The notes under the pieces were generated by a model, which was given only the letters and a program-made list of their open reading frames with translations, made no database searches and was not told where the DNA came from. DNA of 62,721 bases, counting the filler, from Sphacelaria rigidula (taxonomy: Eukaryota), in assembly GCA_964200075.2 (NCBI GenBank). It is 9 parts of 9 records of this genome, joined end to end, with 100 filler letters (N's around TTAATTAATTAA, not from the genome) between each part and the next. Parts side by side here need not be neighbours in the genome. Positions count along the whole stretch, not along the records: positions 48,864 to 55,742 come from CAXNAA020017605.1; positions 55,843 to 62,721 come from CAXNAA020017606.1; 7 more parts are not named here. One strand, given 5' to 3'. Numbering within the stretch: position 1 is the first letter of the stretch; each line of letters starts with the position of its first letter. Of the stretch, positions 49,774-62,696 are shown in pieces. Position numbers and translations under genes: made by a program.

Positions 49774-50482
49774 CCCTTTGACCACGAGGGTAGGTCACCT
49801 GCTGAATCGGCATCAGTATTTACTTGAAAAGCGTGATCCAGGTGGACTACCCGTAATGTGGTCCAAGGGTTGACCCTTAGACCGCGAGGATAGTCTTTCT
49901 GGATCATGCATACTTTTTTTCACTTGAAATTGATGCTGATTCAACAGGAGACTAACCTCGCGGTCTAAGGGTTAACATTTATATCGCGATAAGGGTAGTC
50001 TATCTGGATTACACACTTTTTTTCAAGAGAAGTTGATGCCGATTCATCACGTGACCTGCCCTCGCGGTCTAGAGGTGATCGTCTATACGGATCATGATTA
50101 TGTGTGTACGACTTCTTTCTAGCGCAACGTGATGCTGGTTTTGTGAGTTATACAGTGGAGCGGTTGCGCCGCACTTTTGAACCTTAGACCTCGGGGGTAG
50201 GTCACCTGCGGAATCGGCATCAACTTCACTTGAAAAAAGTTTGTGTGATCCAGATGGACCACGTTCGCGGTGTAAGGGTTGACCCTTTTACCGCGAGGTT
50301 AGTCTTCCGTTGAATCGGCATCAATTTCAAGTGAAAAAAAAATTGCATGATCCAGAAAGACTAATCTCGCGGTGTAAGGGTTAACCCTTGGACCGCGAGG
50401 TTAGTCTTCTGTTGAATCGGCATCAATTTCAAGTGAAAAAAAGTATGCATGATCCAGAAAGACTAATCTCGTGATCTAAGGG
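49774..50482. mobile_element. Cluster of six ~100-bp piggyBac-type MITEs (49774-49869 +, 49874-49971 -, 49976-50075 -, 50181-50278 +, 50283-50380 +, 50385-50482 +)
   Basis: Each has CCCTT.GACCGCGAG ... CGCGGT.TAAGGG ends (degenerate in some copies). Adjacent copies share single TTAA/TTGA junctions. Homologous to 37156-37255. Confidence 0.85.
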
Positions 50483-52477
50483 TTGAGATTCCCCAGGATG
50501 AATGTGATACGTCGAGTAGCCTATACATGATTATTGTAAAGAACCCGGGAAGACTTTCCACAAATAACTTTCTCCCCAGAAATCACCTTCTCAAAAGTTT
50601 TCTTTTTTATGGGAAGGGGGTAGTACCGCTGTGGTCAAATAGCGGTGAACGCGATTTATTTTCGTCCCGATAAGGCATGGCCTGACGGCGTCTTGACAAA
50701 CAAAATGGATTAACCCTTCCGCGACCGGACTCCAAGGAACATGGTGTTTGCACGCAGGGAAGGGAGGTGTCACTCGGTATCATCTTCAGTCGGTTTCAAG
50801 TAAAAATGATGCTAATTCACTCAAAGGCCCTTGCGTGCAAAGACCATGTTTCTGGGGTACGGTCCCAAAAGGGTAAATCGATTGCGATCTCGATCTCGAT
50901 TTCCGGTTCTGCGATGGGTTCGGGCATCGTCCGCGCAAACGGTTCGTAGACATTTCATTTATGGGCATATACTGACCAACAGCTTACACACCGCAGCTTA
51001 CTCCGGGGGTTCAAACGCTCACCAGTAGAGTGCACTGATTCGAGCTCACCTGCCGTATAATGGCTCTTACTCAAGCACGCATGGTGTGCCTGCGGTGGCT
51101 TCGATCCATCAGAAGATATGATGTTTGATTGCTAGCGTTTTCGGACATCCAGCACGGATACTGTACACATCGTTGATGCTCGCTTAATACGGAACCAGAC
51201 GCACTCGACCAAAGCAAATTGTATGCTATTAATAGTGGAGTCAGGCTATCGCGGGGGGAGGGGTGCAAGCTCCGTCGTGAGTAGGGTAGCTGTATGAGAT
51301 GCTTGGCACGCGTTCGTATCATGGAACATTAATGTCCAGGCAAGCATTCTACGTCGCATTGAAATGAAGGCGGTCAACATCTCGATTTGGTGGTGTCGAT
51401 GGTATCTTCCAAGGACTGTAAAACAAGAAAAAAGGGTAAAAACGAAGAGCATTTTTTTGCTCTTCAGAGCCTCGGGCCAATCACAGCGCTCGAATAAAAA
51501 TCAATCACTCTGCGATGGTAATGCCTTGGCTACACGAACTCTTATAACTTATTTCAAGTTCGGCATACTCCAGAGTACATCCCTTATACTTCGTCATCCA
51601 CCAACACAAACCTCGCAGAATACGCCCACCCTTCAGATCCTCGGGCCAATCACAGCACTCGAATAAAACTCAATTTCGATTCTGATTATTTTTTACTCTT
51701 ATCGATAACATGCGCCCAAGTAGGTACCCATAACGCCGGTTTGCCGACTCTTACGGCAGGCGACCTAGATGTGAAAAAGTTACGTTCGATCACCCGGGTG
51801 ATTCGAGTAAAATTGGAATTTCCCACGTCATCTTGACCACACTTGCGGATTCTGGTGATGTAAATGTGAAAATGGTTGGCCGTGTCAAGGACATCATCGG
51901 TGCATGATAACGGTTACAACACGAAGACGAGCTCCATGGTCCCACAATTTTCTTCACTCACGGTGTTCGGTATGTGTGACGAGGCAGTTTCCGAAGGCGT
52001 AACAAGTATGACAACGCTCTGGCCAAACTCTGTAGCGCTGGGACGGCCTCCATCCCATGTACGCGCCGATATCGAAACCTCTGTTTAGTTCCGGGAAAGC
52101 GCGGAATAATGGCGTCGATTATGCCCAGAACCGGTAGGAACCGTACATGAACAATGTCGCATGGTGCTGACAATAACCGCCGTGAAGGTGGCTCCGTCTA
52201 GTGTTTTTGTTTGTAACTCGACAACCGCGATGACGTTGAGGGCGAGAGTGGCTGGTACCCGTGATGGCCATAGCGTTGACGAGGCGTGGCTAGCGCGAGC
52301 TGCGTCCCGCTACCGTTGTACACTGGAACGAGCACCCAAATGGCGCCGCGATTTTGAAACAGGCGTCAAGTCTATACCGTCAATACAGCCACCAAACGCC
52401 CCCTTGAATGACTGTGCGCCACTTGGAAGGGAACCAATATTGAGATAGTCTCAGGCTGAGGTCAGCTGTACTCTTCA

Positions 52478-52579
52478 CCCCTCGACCGCGAGGGTAGGTC
52501 ATCTCGATCATGCATCGATTGTTCAGGTGAACTTGATGTCATTTATTTATCTAGATGATCTATGCTGGCCGTCAAAGGG
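52478..52579. mobile_element. Diverged piggyBac-type MITE
   Basis: TTCA|CCCCTCGACCGCGAGGGTAGGTCA ... GTCAAAGGG|TTAA. Confidence 0.6.
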
Positions 52580-54859
52580 TTAACAGCAAGAAGTAACCTC
52601 AAATGTTGACGGGTCGAGGGGTGTATCCTTCCACAAGATCGGGAAGGTGACCTCATGTTCTGGTGGTCGCGCATTTCGAATCCAGATCCCCTACCATACG
52701 TCGTAAGATGTGAGGCGTCCTTGTCCAGTACGATATATATATATATGTCATTGTCCGGAGGATGAGTACCAGAGTACGGTCGAGCTTGTGCCCTCACCGA
52801 GCGCGTAAATGCACAGCCACCGAATTTTTCAAGGTATACCGTGCGATCCCGCCAAGACACGAGCTTACCCACCGCCTGTGTAGCTTCCGGAAAAGGTCTC
52901 TCGATTTGGGGTAGCGTACCCGGGATGTCAATTACCGAAAAAGTTGAGTATTTCAATGCAACCCGGGTAGCACCTACAAATATGAGATAACTGAGGATTC
53001 CAGGATTCCTGAAACGCTGATCTTCTGCTCTATTCTTGCCTACTTGGAAAACCCGCGACTGCTGCTGCTTCTTTCAGTTCCTAGTGTTGGAACACCTCGG
53101 CGTGAGTGTATCAGAGGTCGCGGTCGGGGGGTAGAAGGCCCCAGTCACGCACGGCAGAGCAGATCCTTGCCTATACCTAATGAAACGACAACGGCCATGT
53201 CCGTGCGCCGAACACCATGCTCTCTTCAATTACAGATCGGATTTCATGCAAGTGTGTCCTTATGCTCTCGCTCGTGTGCTGAAATCTGGTTGGTCGTATT
53301 GAGAGCAACGAATTTCGGTCTTCTGTTCCTCATGATGGGTAGAATGAATTTGATTCATTTTTTTTTTCTTCTTGTCCTGCTTTTGTGCTGTCTCCTCATC
53401 ATGCTTAAGGAAGCCCACTCCTTCCGCGGGACGAGTCCGTCGTTTCAAGTGATCAATCAGTCGTTCACCCCGGCACTTGCCCGCATATGTCATCGATATT
53501 TGCGGTAGCATTCCAGCACCCCCGTTGGCTCTTGTCGAATTTTCTGAACTCGCGGGTTTACGCTGTCGGAGATGGGAACCAGATTTTGCTCGGCAAGCAA
53601 GACCGTGTTTGGCGGGGTCCGAACCCGCAATCTTTCTCCGTAATCAGCCACCGCCGCGCGGTGTTGGTTCATGTTTACAAATACATACAGAAATCTGGTC
53701 TGTTTCGGTCGATTACCTTGAAGAGAACCAGGCCAAGCAAGAGATAGATGTAAGACTGACTACAGCTTGCTCTGAATATTCAGCGTCGAGTTTTATTCCA
53801 GCACTCAGCATTTTGTTTTCTTGAGCAGTCGGGGGGGGAAAAAACATTTTTTCTCCGAAAACTCGGGAAAGTTTGGGAAACAATTCCCGCTAGTAACGCT
53901 CCGAATAGTGTGTGCACAACAGGGGACGACAGGCAAAATGCTGCAGTTGGAACACTACGACACACTGTTACGGCTTTTTACAAGTTCCGCACGTTGAAGC
54001 GGTATACACTATCCCGCCTATGACAATATTCCGAAAGTGCTTCGGACGGGGTACCGTGCCTCGGGGTTCCTTGCGTTATCGGGGTATTTGATCGCCGAGT
54101 ATCCCCAGTGTACCTGAAATGTGGACTGCCGAAAATATCGAGTGTTCCAAGGTGCCCGTAGTTTTGATGAGTTGATTATCGCGTGTTAACCGATCCCAGT
54201 TCCAGCCGCGGTCACATAACAACGAACGGAAGCACTTGATGAAGGATGCTCGAGAAAGGGAAACTATAACAAAAGTTAAGACGGACTAGGTAAACTGACT
54301 AAAAACGGGCGGGGGGGGGGGGGGGGGAGAAAAGAAAAGGAGGAGAAGAAACCACGATTGGAAAAAACGGGCTGAAAACCCCAGAGTACCTGAAACAGGG
54401 AGGCATATACCGATATACCGTGCATTGCCCTGCCCCTAGCACCTTTACAGTGTTCTCTGCATTCGGGATGTTGTCAAAGATCGCCGTGCTATGACGCCGA
54501 AGCTTGTTTCTCTTTGCAAAGATGTCGGGGACATCTGTCCCACGCAAGGGTGGTTCTGTTGGCAGCGCAGAGTCCCCCCTGTAACCTACGGTACTTTTTC
54601 AGCTATGGCGACGTCCTCCTGCAGAAGAAAGCAAATCGTGAGCTGCCCCTACCGTAGCAGGGCGGGGTGTAAGTCGTTGTCCGGAACAAGAGGGGTCCAT
54701 GGTGTAGTGTGGTGCACAACAGTCCATTTTTTCGTCCGTACGGAATTCGCTAGGAAAAGTGTCTTCCTCCTCGAGCTTTCGAAGTAATCTTCAAATATCG
54801 GAGGCGGGTTTTGTCGAGTTCGGTATGGTATCACCACGGCTAACGTATTCTGGATTTAT

Positions 54860-54882
54860 CCCTAACCCTAACCCTAACCCTA
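54860..54882 (-). repeat. Interstitial (CCCTAA)n telomere-type repeat, about 4 units
   Basis: CCCTAACCCTAACCCTAACCCTA directly visible. Confidence 0.8.
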
Positions 54883-55922
54883 GCCGAATGCATACAGCAC
54901 CGAGGAAGTATCCTCGAACATAGGGTGTACGTACGATGGTCTATGCAAAATGTGTGTTGGCGGAGCTCGAATTGATTGGAGAAGCATCACGTGCTTTGCA
55001 CGATGGAAATGCTCCCGGGACCATCAGGTGTCTGAATAATTAAACTGAACGATCCTATACTACGATCGAGCGATTCTTCGACCTTTGTGATGTGACGACG
55101 AACTCGCGTGAGCTCCACCGGAATGTCGACATCGAGAAGTTTGTCTCATTAGTTTCCAGTGCCGCCTCTAGCGATGTCTCAAAATGCCTCCGTTGAGAAA
55201 GCGGAGATCAAGTCCCTGGGGCTCCTGGGGTCCCGTAGTATTTGCTTTCATTCTCGGGCAGCCACTCCCCACTGTCGGGTCCCCGTGGATGGATAAATCA
55301 ATCAATCAGTCATGGAAAAATATTCTGATAGGTACAAATGAAACGCATCGGGGCGGAATATGAAGAAGAATGAAGAGACGTGCACCTCGGGGACACCTGG
55401 GGAGACTATGAGTTGATCATAATCCAAAGTCCCTTGAGACAGACAGATTACGGCTTCGTCCCCAGACTGGGGGAAAAGCACTGGGTGACACACGCGACCG
55501 GCCCGCACGGACACATGTATTCGCCTCGAGATGTGGCACAATGAATTTGGGTGTCATTGCTAACGTATCCACTGCAGGCAGCATCGTGCTCCACGTTACA
55601 ATGATGTGCAGCTACCCAACGCAGAGAACACTTTTCCTGGAGCGCATGTTCGGTACCCAGTTGATCGGAGTTATTATTATTATTATTATTCTATTATTAT
55701 TTCCGCACATTAGTCCGATCTCACGAACCCGTGGTCACAGACNNNNNNNNNNNNNNNNNNNNNNNNNNNNNNNNNNNNNNNNNNNNTTAATTAATTAANN
55801 NNNNNNNNNNNNNNNNNNNNNNNNNNNNNNNNNNNNNNNNNNTCAACTTATTATACTAAAACCAAGTAATTTCCTGACGAAACATTATTTGTCCTAACCG
55901 TGAAAGAATATCGGCATTGCAG

Positions 55923-56245
55923 CGCCCCGGTGGTGTAATGGTCCGACTGTCACCATTAGGGTGGAGAGAACGAGGGTTCGATTCTCGATCTGGTGGGTTT
56001 TTCCCTTGGAGAATGTGATCTCCACCGTGAAAAAGCGTGCCAACGTGAATAAACAAAGTCGTCGACTGAGTTTGTTTGACGCGAGCTGACGCGGTGGGGG
56101 AGTATTAGTCATGATCCAATCCGCAGAACGAAAATGCAAGGTGCGTACCGTGGAGAGATAGGTTGATCCCTTGGGACCACAGACTCAGTCACGAGGAAGG
56201 GGGGAATTCAAAGTGCGACAAAATAAAATAATAGAAATAAATAAT
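55923..56245 (+). mobile_element. tRNA-derived SINE family 1, near full length
   Basis: GCCCCGGTGGTGTAATGG (A-box) ... GGGTTCGATTCTC (B-box). Body is homologous to 62418-62696; A-rich tail. Confidence 0.75.
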
Positions 56246-58085
56246 GAATAATTGTCCCGCGGCGGATCTCCACTACATGTCTCGCAACAGGCGCCGGTGA
56301 CAATACAGGAATGTAGCGCAGCGATTGAGTCGCATATCGTCGAACCCACGAGATAAAATACTGCAGAAAAAAACAGCAAGTTTTGATGCTGCGGCACATG
56401 CAAACCCTTGAGCGGTCTGCGGCTCTCACGGCATAATAAGGGGAAGGCGGGGTTGGTTATACTCAAGTTGCGTGTTGCGGCAGGTGCTAAACCAATCGCA
56501 TCGGCAGAGGGCGGGCGATAAACCCAGGACCGACCGAAATATTTCGTGTTTGTTGTCGGCACAGCGTGCCCTGACATTCATAAAGATGGTTGGAGCCGAT
56601 ACATTCTCGACGACTTGTCGAGAGCGGCTCACCCATGGTGACATTATTTTGGCTTGAGTTTCGTATCTAATGTTTTTTTTTCAATTGATCGTCGTACGAG
56701 CTGAGCCACCCGTGAAACACGCGTACCCCGGGCATATAACACCTCTTCTAGTGTCCCCAATCAGCCCGATATATGTAGATCGCTGTGAACTGCAGAACAA
56801 CTCGATCATCCATGGCGCCGCTGTTCGATTGGTGCAGTTTTGGCGATGATGCTATTGTACTGCATTGAGAAACGGGTTCATCTGACTTCGTGGTGCCATG
56901 GCGTGTATTATTTTATTCATTTATTGTACTAAACGCCGTGGAATGGCGTAGGAAAACTTCGACACGAACAGTCACGAGTGCACTGGTCATGTTGCGAGAT
57001 GGCATCAAGCTCGTCAGCAACTCGATCATGAGAGAGGACCTCCGAGTCGATCGTCACATACAACGAGCACAGGGACAGTCTCCAACTGGGACTGGGCTGC
57101 AACGCTTCTTTTCGATCAAACCATCCCCGATGGTGATCGTTTTCTTTACAGTTACAAACTACAAGGTGCTGACGGTGATTTCCTGCAACTGGGCTCCCAG
57201 GAAAGCGAAAAGGTACTCTTGATGAGGCTTGGTGAAAAGCCCACCCCACCGTGAGGCGAGAAAGACAATTTGGCGCATTTTGGGGACTACAGATCGTGAG
57301 GGTGCCTGAAACACCCGCTTCAATTGAAACAAGAATGCTCTGAATAAAAAAAACCCGAGGACGGAAATCAGATTTTGCAACAAGAATGTGATATCGGGGT
57401 TCAAAGTCGTGACCTTAATTTTTTCTTCTCCATCGAAGGAAGGGGGAAATTATCATCCAAAACTTCCCGCCGCAAGGTGGTTCATGTGCCGATTACCCAA
57501 ATGTTCGGAAATACCGCCTCGCGGCAGTCATTTGCGGTGCTAACAGAAGGTCGTGCTAAAGTGCCGATTTCACCTCTTCCAGCCAAACCAAGAAAGTGAT
57601 CTGTTGAAAAATATGCTCATTGACGAAAACCAGATTCTGCAAAAAAAAGTGCGTGTCGGGATTTGAACTCATACCATCGTAACCGGAGCCTGCTGCATCA
57701 GTCGTACCACTGGAGTGCAGCGGTGCTAAGCAAAAAGTTGCACACGCAACCCCATCATTGGACTTTTCAGCCGAAATGTTTCAAGGGCTTTCTGTGCGCA
57801 AGTTGAAATGTGTGACCGGAAGAACCCACGTTCCTTTGTCGTCATCCTGAAGTTATGTCATCATCTTGTTTATGCTGAAGTTTCGTATCGCTCCAACTTT
57901 TCATTTTTATTTCTTCGTTGGTTGCTTCAGAGATATTCCGCATGTTTATGCTTAATACGCCGTACCAAAATTTCAGCGCCCAACTCTTCAAATTTAGATG
58001 CGGATCGCCTTCCAACATAATTAAGACCTCTGGGCTGGCCCAGTATCAAAATCAAACAGTAACACCCCGTCCCCTTCCGACTTAA

Positions 58086-58185
58086 CCCCCTAGACCGCGA
58101 GGGTAATCCATCTAGGCCACATATACTTTTCTCAAGTAAATGTTGATGCCGATTCAGCAGGTGACCAACAGTTGCGGTCAAAAGG
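58086..58185 (-). mobile_element. piggyBac-type MITE
   Basis: TTAA|CCCCCTAGACCGCGAGGGTA ... TTGATGCCGATTCAGCAGGTGACC ... GCGGTCAAAAGG|TTAG, the reverse orientation of the 37156 family. Confidence 0.75.
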
Positions 58186-58934
58186 TTAGATGTCCGCACC
58201 CACCCCTGACGGACGGGCATTCAGCACACCAGCAAGCAACGTGGAAGGCGACAGAAGTGACAGGCACGCCTCCCTCACGAGACAGTGATTCGAAACCTGG
58301 TTCAATTCACTACTCAACCTTTCACCCGGAAAGGGACACTGGCCGACAGCAGCTCCCACACACAAACGTTCAACATAGATTCTGCCAGCACATGTCTCCG
58401 CATGAAGGTGCATACTGTGTATGACATGTCATTCTCCATACCGGCGACCAACCAGAAAACGCGAGTTTTGGCTGTAATTAAAATAATTAGGCTCTAGTTC
58501 CATATGCGCGTTTTTTTCTTCAAATTAAAGCTCCAATTTTTTTTATATAAGCTATTTTAGAGCAAATTAGGCGTACTTTATGCGCCTTATACCCGTCCTT
58601 GTTGTGGTGTAGTGGCAGTATCCCCTCACGAGGCGCGCCTTCTTGCATGAGGACAAGACAAGTTGGGCATTCGAAGTTTTCTTGATTTTTCATAATTAAA
58701 AATTGAAGCTTTTCTTCAGTTATTGAGTTTGGAGATCACAACCTGCACACCTACACCGTAACCCACGTACGGGAGCAACACAATATCGCTGTTCCCGTTT
58801 CAAGCAAGTTAAGCTCGTTTCGAGCGTATTAAGCCGAATATAAGCTTTGCTCTGAACAGGCCTATTTAAGCTAAAAAAATCGAAATTAAGCTACACTTTA
58901 TGCGCGCATACGGAACTGAAGCCTGAAAATAATG

Positions 58935-59398
58935 GACCATTTTTCGTTGCGACGAATCTGTACTTGTACAAATATGAGGATTCTAGTCAGTCTACAGCCG
59001 ATTTTCTCTCGTGGATTGATTCTTCGGACCCCAGTCCATTGGAGAATGTTTTTTGCCTTGCTATGAGGAAACCAGATCAATTCTCCGATTCTCTGGACGT
59101 GAACTTTTGGTTCATCACCTTTCTGTTAAGATCGAGACACTCTCGCATCTCCCCCAATAATTAGATACTGTATTGGGGGAAATGTGGGAGTATCCTGGTC
59201 TGAGCAGAAAGGTGATGAACCAAAAGTCAACGTCCAGAGAATCGGAGAATTGATCTGGTTTCCTCACAGCTCGGCGGAAATCATTGTCTAACGGACTGGG
59301 GTCCGAAAAATCAATCCACGGGAGGAAGTCGGCTGTAGACGAGCTGAAATCGTAATATCTGTACAAACACGGATTGGTTGCCATAAAAAATTGTGTCA
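58935..59398. ncRNA. Long hairpin, candidate miRNA/hpRNA precursor (inverted repeat certain, RNA function inferred)
   Basis: Arms of ~200+ nt with an 11-nt loop (59160-59170). Perfect 37-bp stem between 59064-59100 and 59230-59266. Confidence 0.45.
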
Positions 59399-62276
59399 GC
59401 GGGTCCCAGGTTTTGAGGGTTAACTCGTCGCCTTGGCCGACCAGACAGATGGGAACGCCAACACCCGGTCTCCGAATAAAATAACAAAATGCACGCGTAC
59501 ATTTCCCCCCCCCGCATACCAAGATACCTTGAAGGTTGCCCTTCTGTCACTTCAGTACACGTATAGTGAGTAGCTCAGATTGTTTCCCACGTCCTACTTG
59601 CTATAGAACGGATGTGTATGCGGTGTTTTGGTCCACTACATCACTGTATGACAAGCCTCTGTAGTTTCCTGGTCGTGGGTGGTTCGTTTACGGAGCGATT
59701 TATTTCGGAGTACAGTAATCAAATAAATACGTTCACGTTTCGTTTGGAGTTGCTTTCGGAATTGTTTCACATATTTTCTTCTCCCTCGACACATACAACC
59801 ACGGGAGGGGAGCGTGATCCAGTATTCTGTATGGTGCGCGTTCCAACCGGTCTCAAATTAATTACCGATCACGAGTACGACGCCGGGAAATACTACTACT
59901 AGCTTCTTGCGGAGTGGGACGTAGAACACTGACAATGGACATTTCCGCTGCATGCCTCTTTCCATTACGGACATTTACGGTTGACGGTGAACGGATAACG
60001 GAAAGCATATTTTGCCCTACGGCAGGTGATCGGTACAGAGAGCGCCCATGCGCGAGATTTGAATGAAGGCTTCATGTACGGCGTTTTTCAAGGAGGGGGC
60101 AATGCGTCGAAGAGCAGTCGACTCTCAACGAGCAGGTCGGGACGTCAAGGCAAAAAAAATGCTGCGCCTTGAGCACAGCCTCTGGAGTCGGAATCAAGAA
60201 CGGAACCCGCCCAAGAACATGAAACACACCGACTGATCCTGTAGCCGAGCTGTCTGTACTGGACTGGACTGGACCTGGACCGTACTGTTGTAGTACTGTA
60301 CTCGCCAACCAAATTTACACGAAGAACAATAGCTTGAGGCAATCAGACGAACAGTACGTTCGACCAAGACCGCTGACATCACAGTAGAGCACCTGGTATG
60401 GAGGTGTTCACAGAGAGGATGCAGTGTAGCACAGTGTTATGCCCTACAGCAGAGTAACCCAAACGTATGGGAGCCCGTCTGAAAGAGGGGGACATCTGCA
60501 TATCCGGTGTGGGTCAAATTGGACGACTAATCACAGGGAGTAAACCTTGTCCTTGGTCATCCAAGCCCCACGTTATTGAATTTTGGCACAGCTGAAAGAG
60601 TCGAGCAGCTGCAGTTGCCACAAAACATTGTTAGAATTTTTTCACTACAACGGTGGAGGGGAGGAGGGGGGGGAGGGGGAGGGGAATTTAATGCCCGTGG
60701 TTCGAGAGATGGGCCATTAGAGAGTGCTGAATGTGGCATGCATGGCGCGCCTGGACATTGCAACTGAGGACAAGTGCACCCACCCATCCACTAATTTTCA
60801 AACACGACAACGATCAAAATAATGGAGTCAAAAATTTGAAACAGGAGTCGATGGGCTCCAGAGCATTGTTGTGCACACAAACCGTAGATATAAACACGCT
60901 CATTCAACATATGTGTGGGAGGACACGCAGCAGGGATACGCTCCTCACCTTGCTGCTAGCAGTGGAGAAAGGTCCGTGTAGGCATCAGCGGTGCCTGTAC
61001 GATGGTCAACTTCGGTCGATAGGCAGAACGATCTCCACTTCTATTGTTTTTATTGATCACTTTCGGGTTTTGATCAGACTTGCCACCAGTAGATACAATG
61101 CTCAAATTGTTGCAAGACATGCAATAACCTACGTTCTGCATGAGTGAATGGGACAAGACAATTTCTTGGGGAAAAGTAAACCACATCAGAACGAGAAACA
61201 AGCACATATGTCAGCTGCATTTCCTAAATGAAAATGTACAGCGAGTTGTATCCGTGGAACATGACACTGGCGTTTTGACACTTTCAACCGCGTTGATGTG
61301 CTGGGCAAACGGCGGCGCACCTGCAGCTGGCCTGCTCTTGGCTTGCGTGCTAGAACCACAAGGAGACACGTTAAGAACAAAGTGGAACCCTGAAATATTG
61401 AGTATCTGCCCCCGCTTTCTTTCTTCAACTGAATAAGTAGCAAGGGCTGTGAGAGGTGAGCAATTGTCGGCACCCGGGCATCAGGATCATGTATTTCAGA
61501 AACTACGATGTTGATACTGAAGATGTGTGTCGGTTTTTGTGTAGGCGATGACGATGTATAACACCCCCTTCCCGGTGACTGCCTTTTCACCTTGACCTCT
61601 CGACTTTCTGGGCGCCAGACTCGCTTCACTACCAACACATCTCGTTCATTCAACTGAATAGATGGATTTCACTCAACGACAAGTTTTACAGTCGAATGTC
61701 TGAAGAAAAATGAAGTGCATGCACCCGTCAAGGCAGGCTACCCGTGACACGTACGGCTCTGGTACAGCTCTGCTCTCCTGTACTGGCTTGTGCTGCACTG
61801 TACTGTTATTCTGACTGTCGTGATGTCGCCGTTTGCGTCGTCCACTTCAAGACAGAACATAGCAAGGTACCGTCGTACGAAGATAGAGCCCGAGGCTGGT
61901 GAGGAATACTAGCTGATCTTCTTCCTCTGCATCTTTCTTGCTGACATCGGTGTGCCCATCTGTCGCTAAGTGTAGTCCCCCCAGCAGTGGTCTGTGAACG
62001 ATACGAAACGGAACGAAGAAACGATGTGATCGCATGACCAAAGATCATGTTCTCAGCGCCCCGTTGTGTTGAACGTCGCGAATAGAGTGTCTCAACCGAG
62101 TATGGTCGATTCATACAGTCTACGCAACACACTTTTCATCAAATGGGGTACCGTTATGCCTCAGGTACTTTTTGAGAGTTGACGCATGAAACGAAGCTCC
62201 ACACGTCGGACGAGCACGAGTGTGACTCGTGGCACTCGCACTCAATGGGCTGCTCGTTGGCCGTGAAAATTAATAG

Positions 62277-62400
62277 GGCGAGCACTCGAGTCATTGCTTG
62301 TTGTGGGGAAAAAATAATACGGCGAGCACTTGAGTCATTGCTCTTGCGGAAAAAAAATAAGACGGCGAGCACTCGAGTCATTGCCCGTTGCGGAAAAAAA
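62277..62400 (+). repeat. ~42-bp tandem repeat GGCGAGCACTCGAGTCATTGC...GGAAAAAAATA, three copies; a fourth begins at 62703
   Basis: Directly visible, flanking the SINE copy on both sides. Confidence 0.8.
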
Positions 62401-62417
62401 GTTGATGGAGCCCCCGC

Positions 62418-62696
62418 GCCCCGGTGGTATAATGGTCCGACTATCGACACTAGGGTGGAGAGAACGGGGTTCGATTCCCGATGCGTTGGTCTTCTTCGTA
62501 ATGTACGATTTCCATCGTGGAAAGCGTGAGAACGTGAGTGAACAAAATAGTCGACTGGGTTTGTGTGACGTGAGTTGACGCGGTGCGGGGGTGGTGACCC
62601 AATCCGCGAGGCCATCGGGGGAAAGAGGGGTTGATCCCTTGATTTCCCGGATGAATCGGGGGGAAGGGGGGGGGCTAAAAATAAAAAAAAAAAAAA
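62418..62696 (+). mobile_element. tRNA-derived SINE family 1
   Basis: GCCCCGGTGGTATAATGG A-box, GGGGTTCGATTCCC B-box, poly-A tail; homologous to 55923-56245. Confidence 0.75.

Noticed and set aside
6882..55842. TTAATTAATTAA motif recurring with ~6980-bp periodicity
   Set aside because: Synthetic six-frame-stop linker embedded in Ns; an assembly artefact rather than a biological repeat.
62418..62482. Functional tRNA gene (also 55923, 8759, 9133)
   Set aside because: A/B boxes are present but no complete acceptor stem could be folded, and each continues into a shared repeat body and tail, so these are SINE heads.
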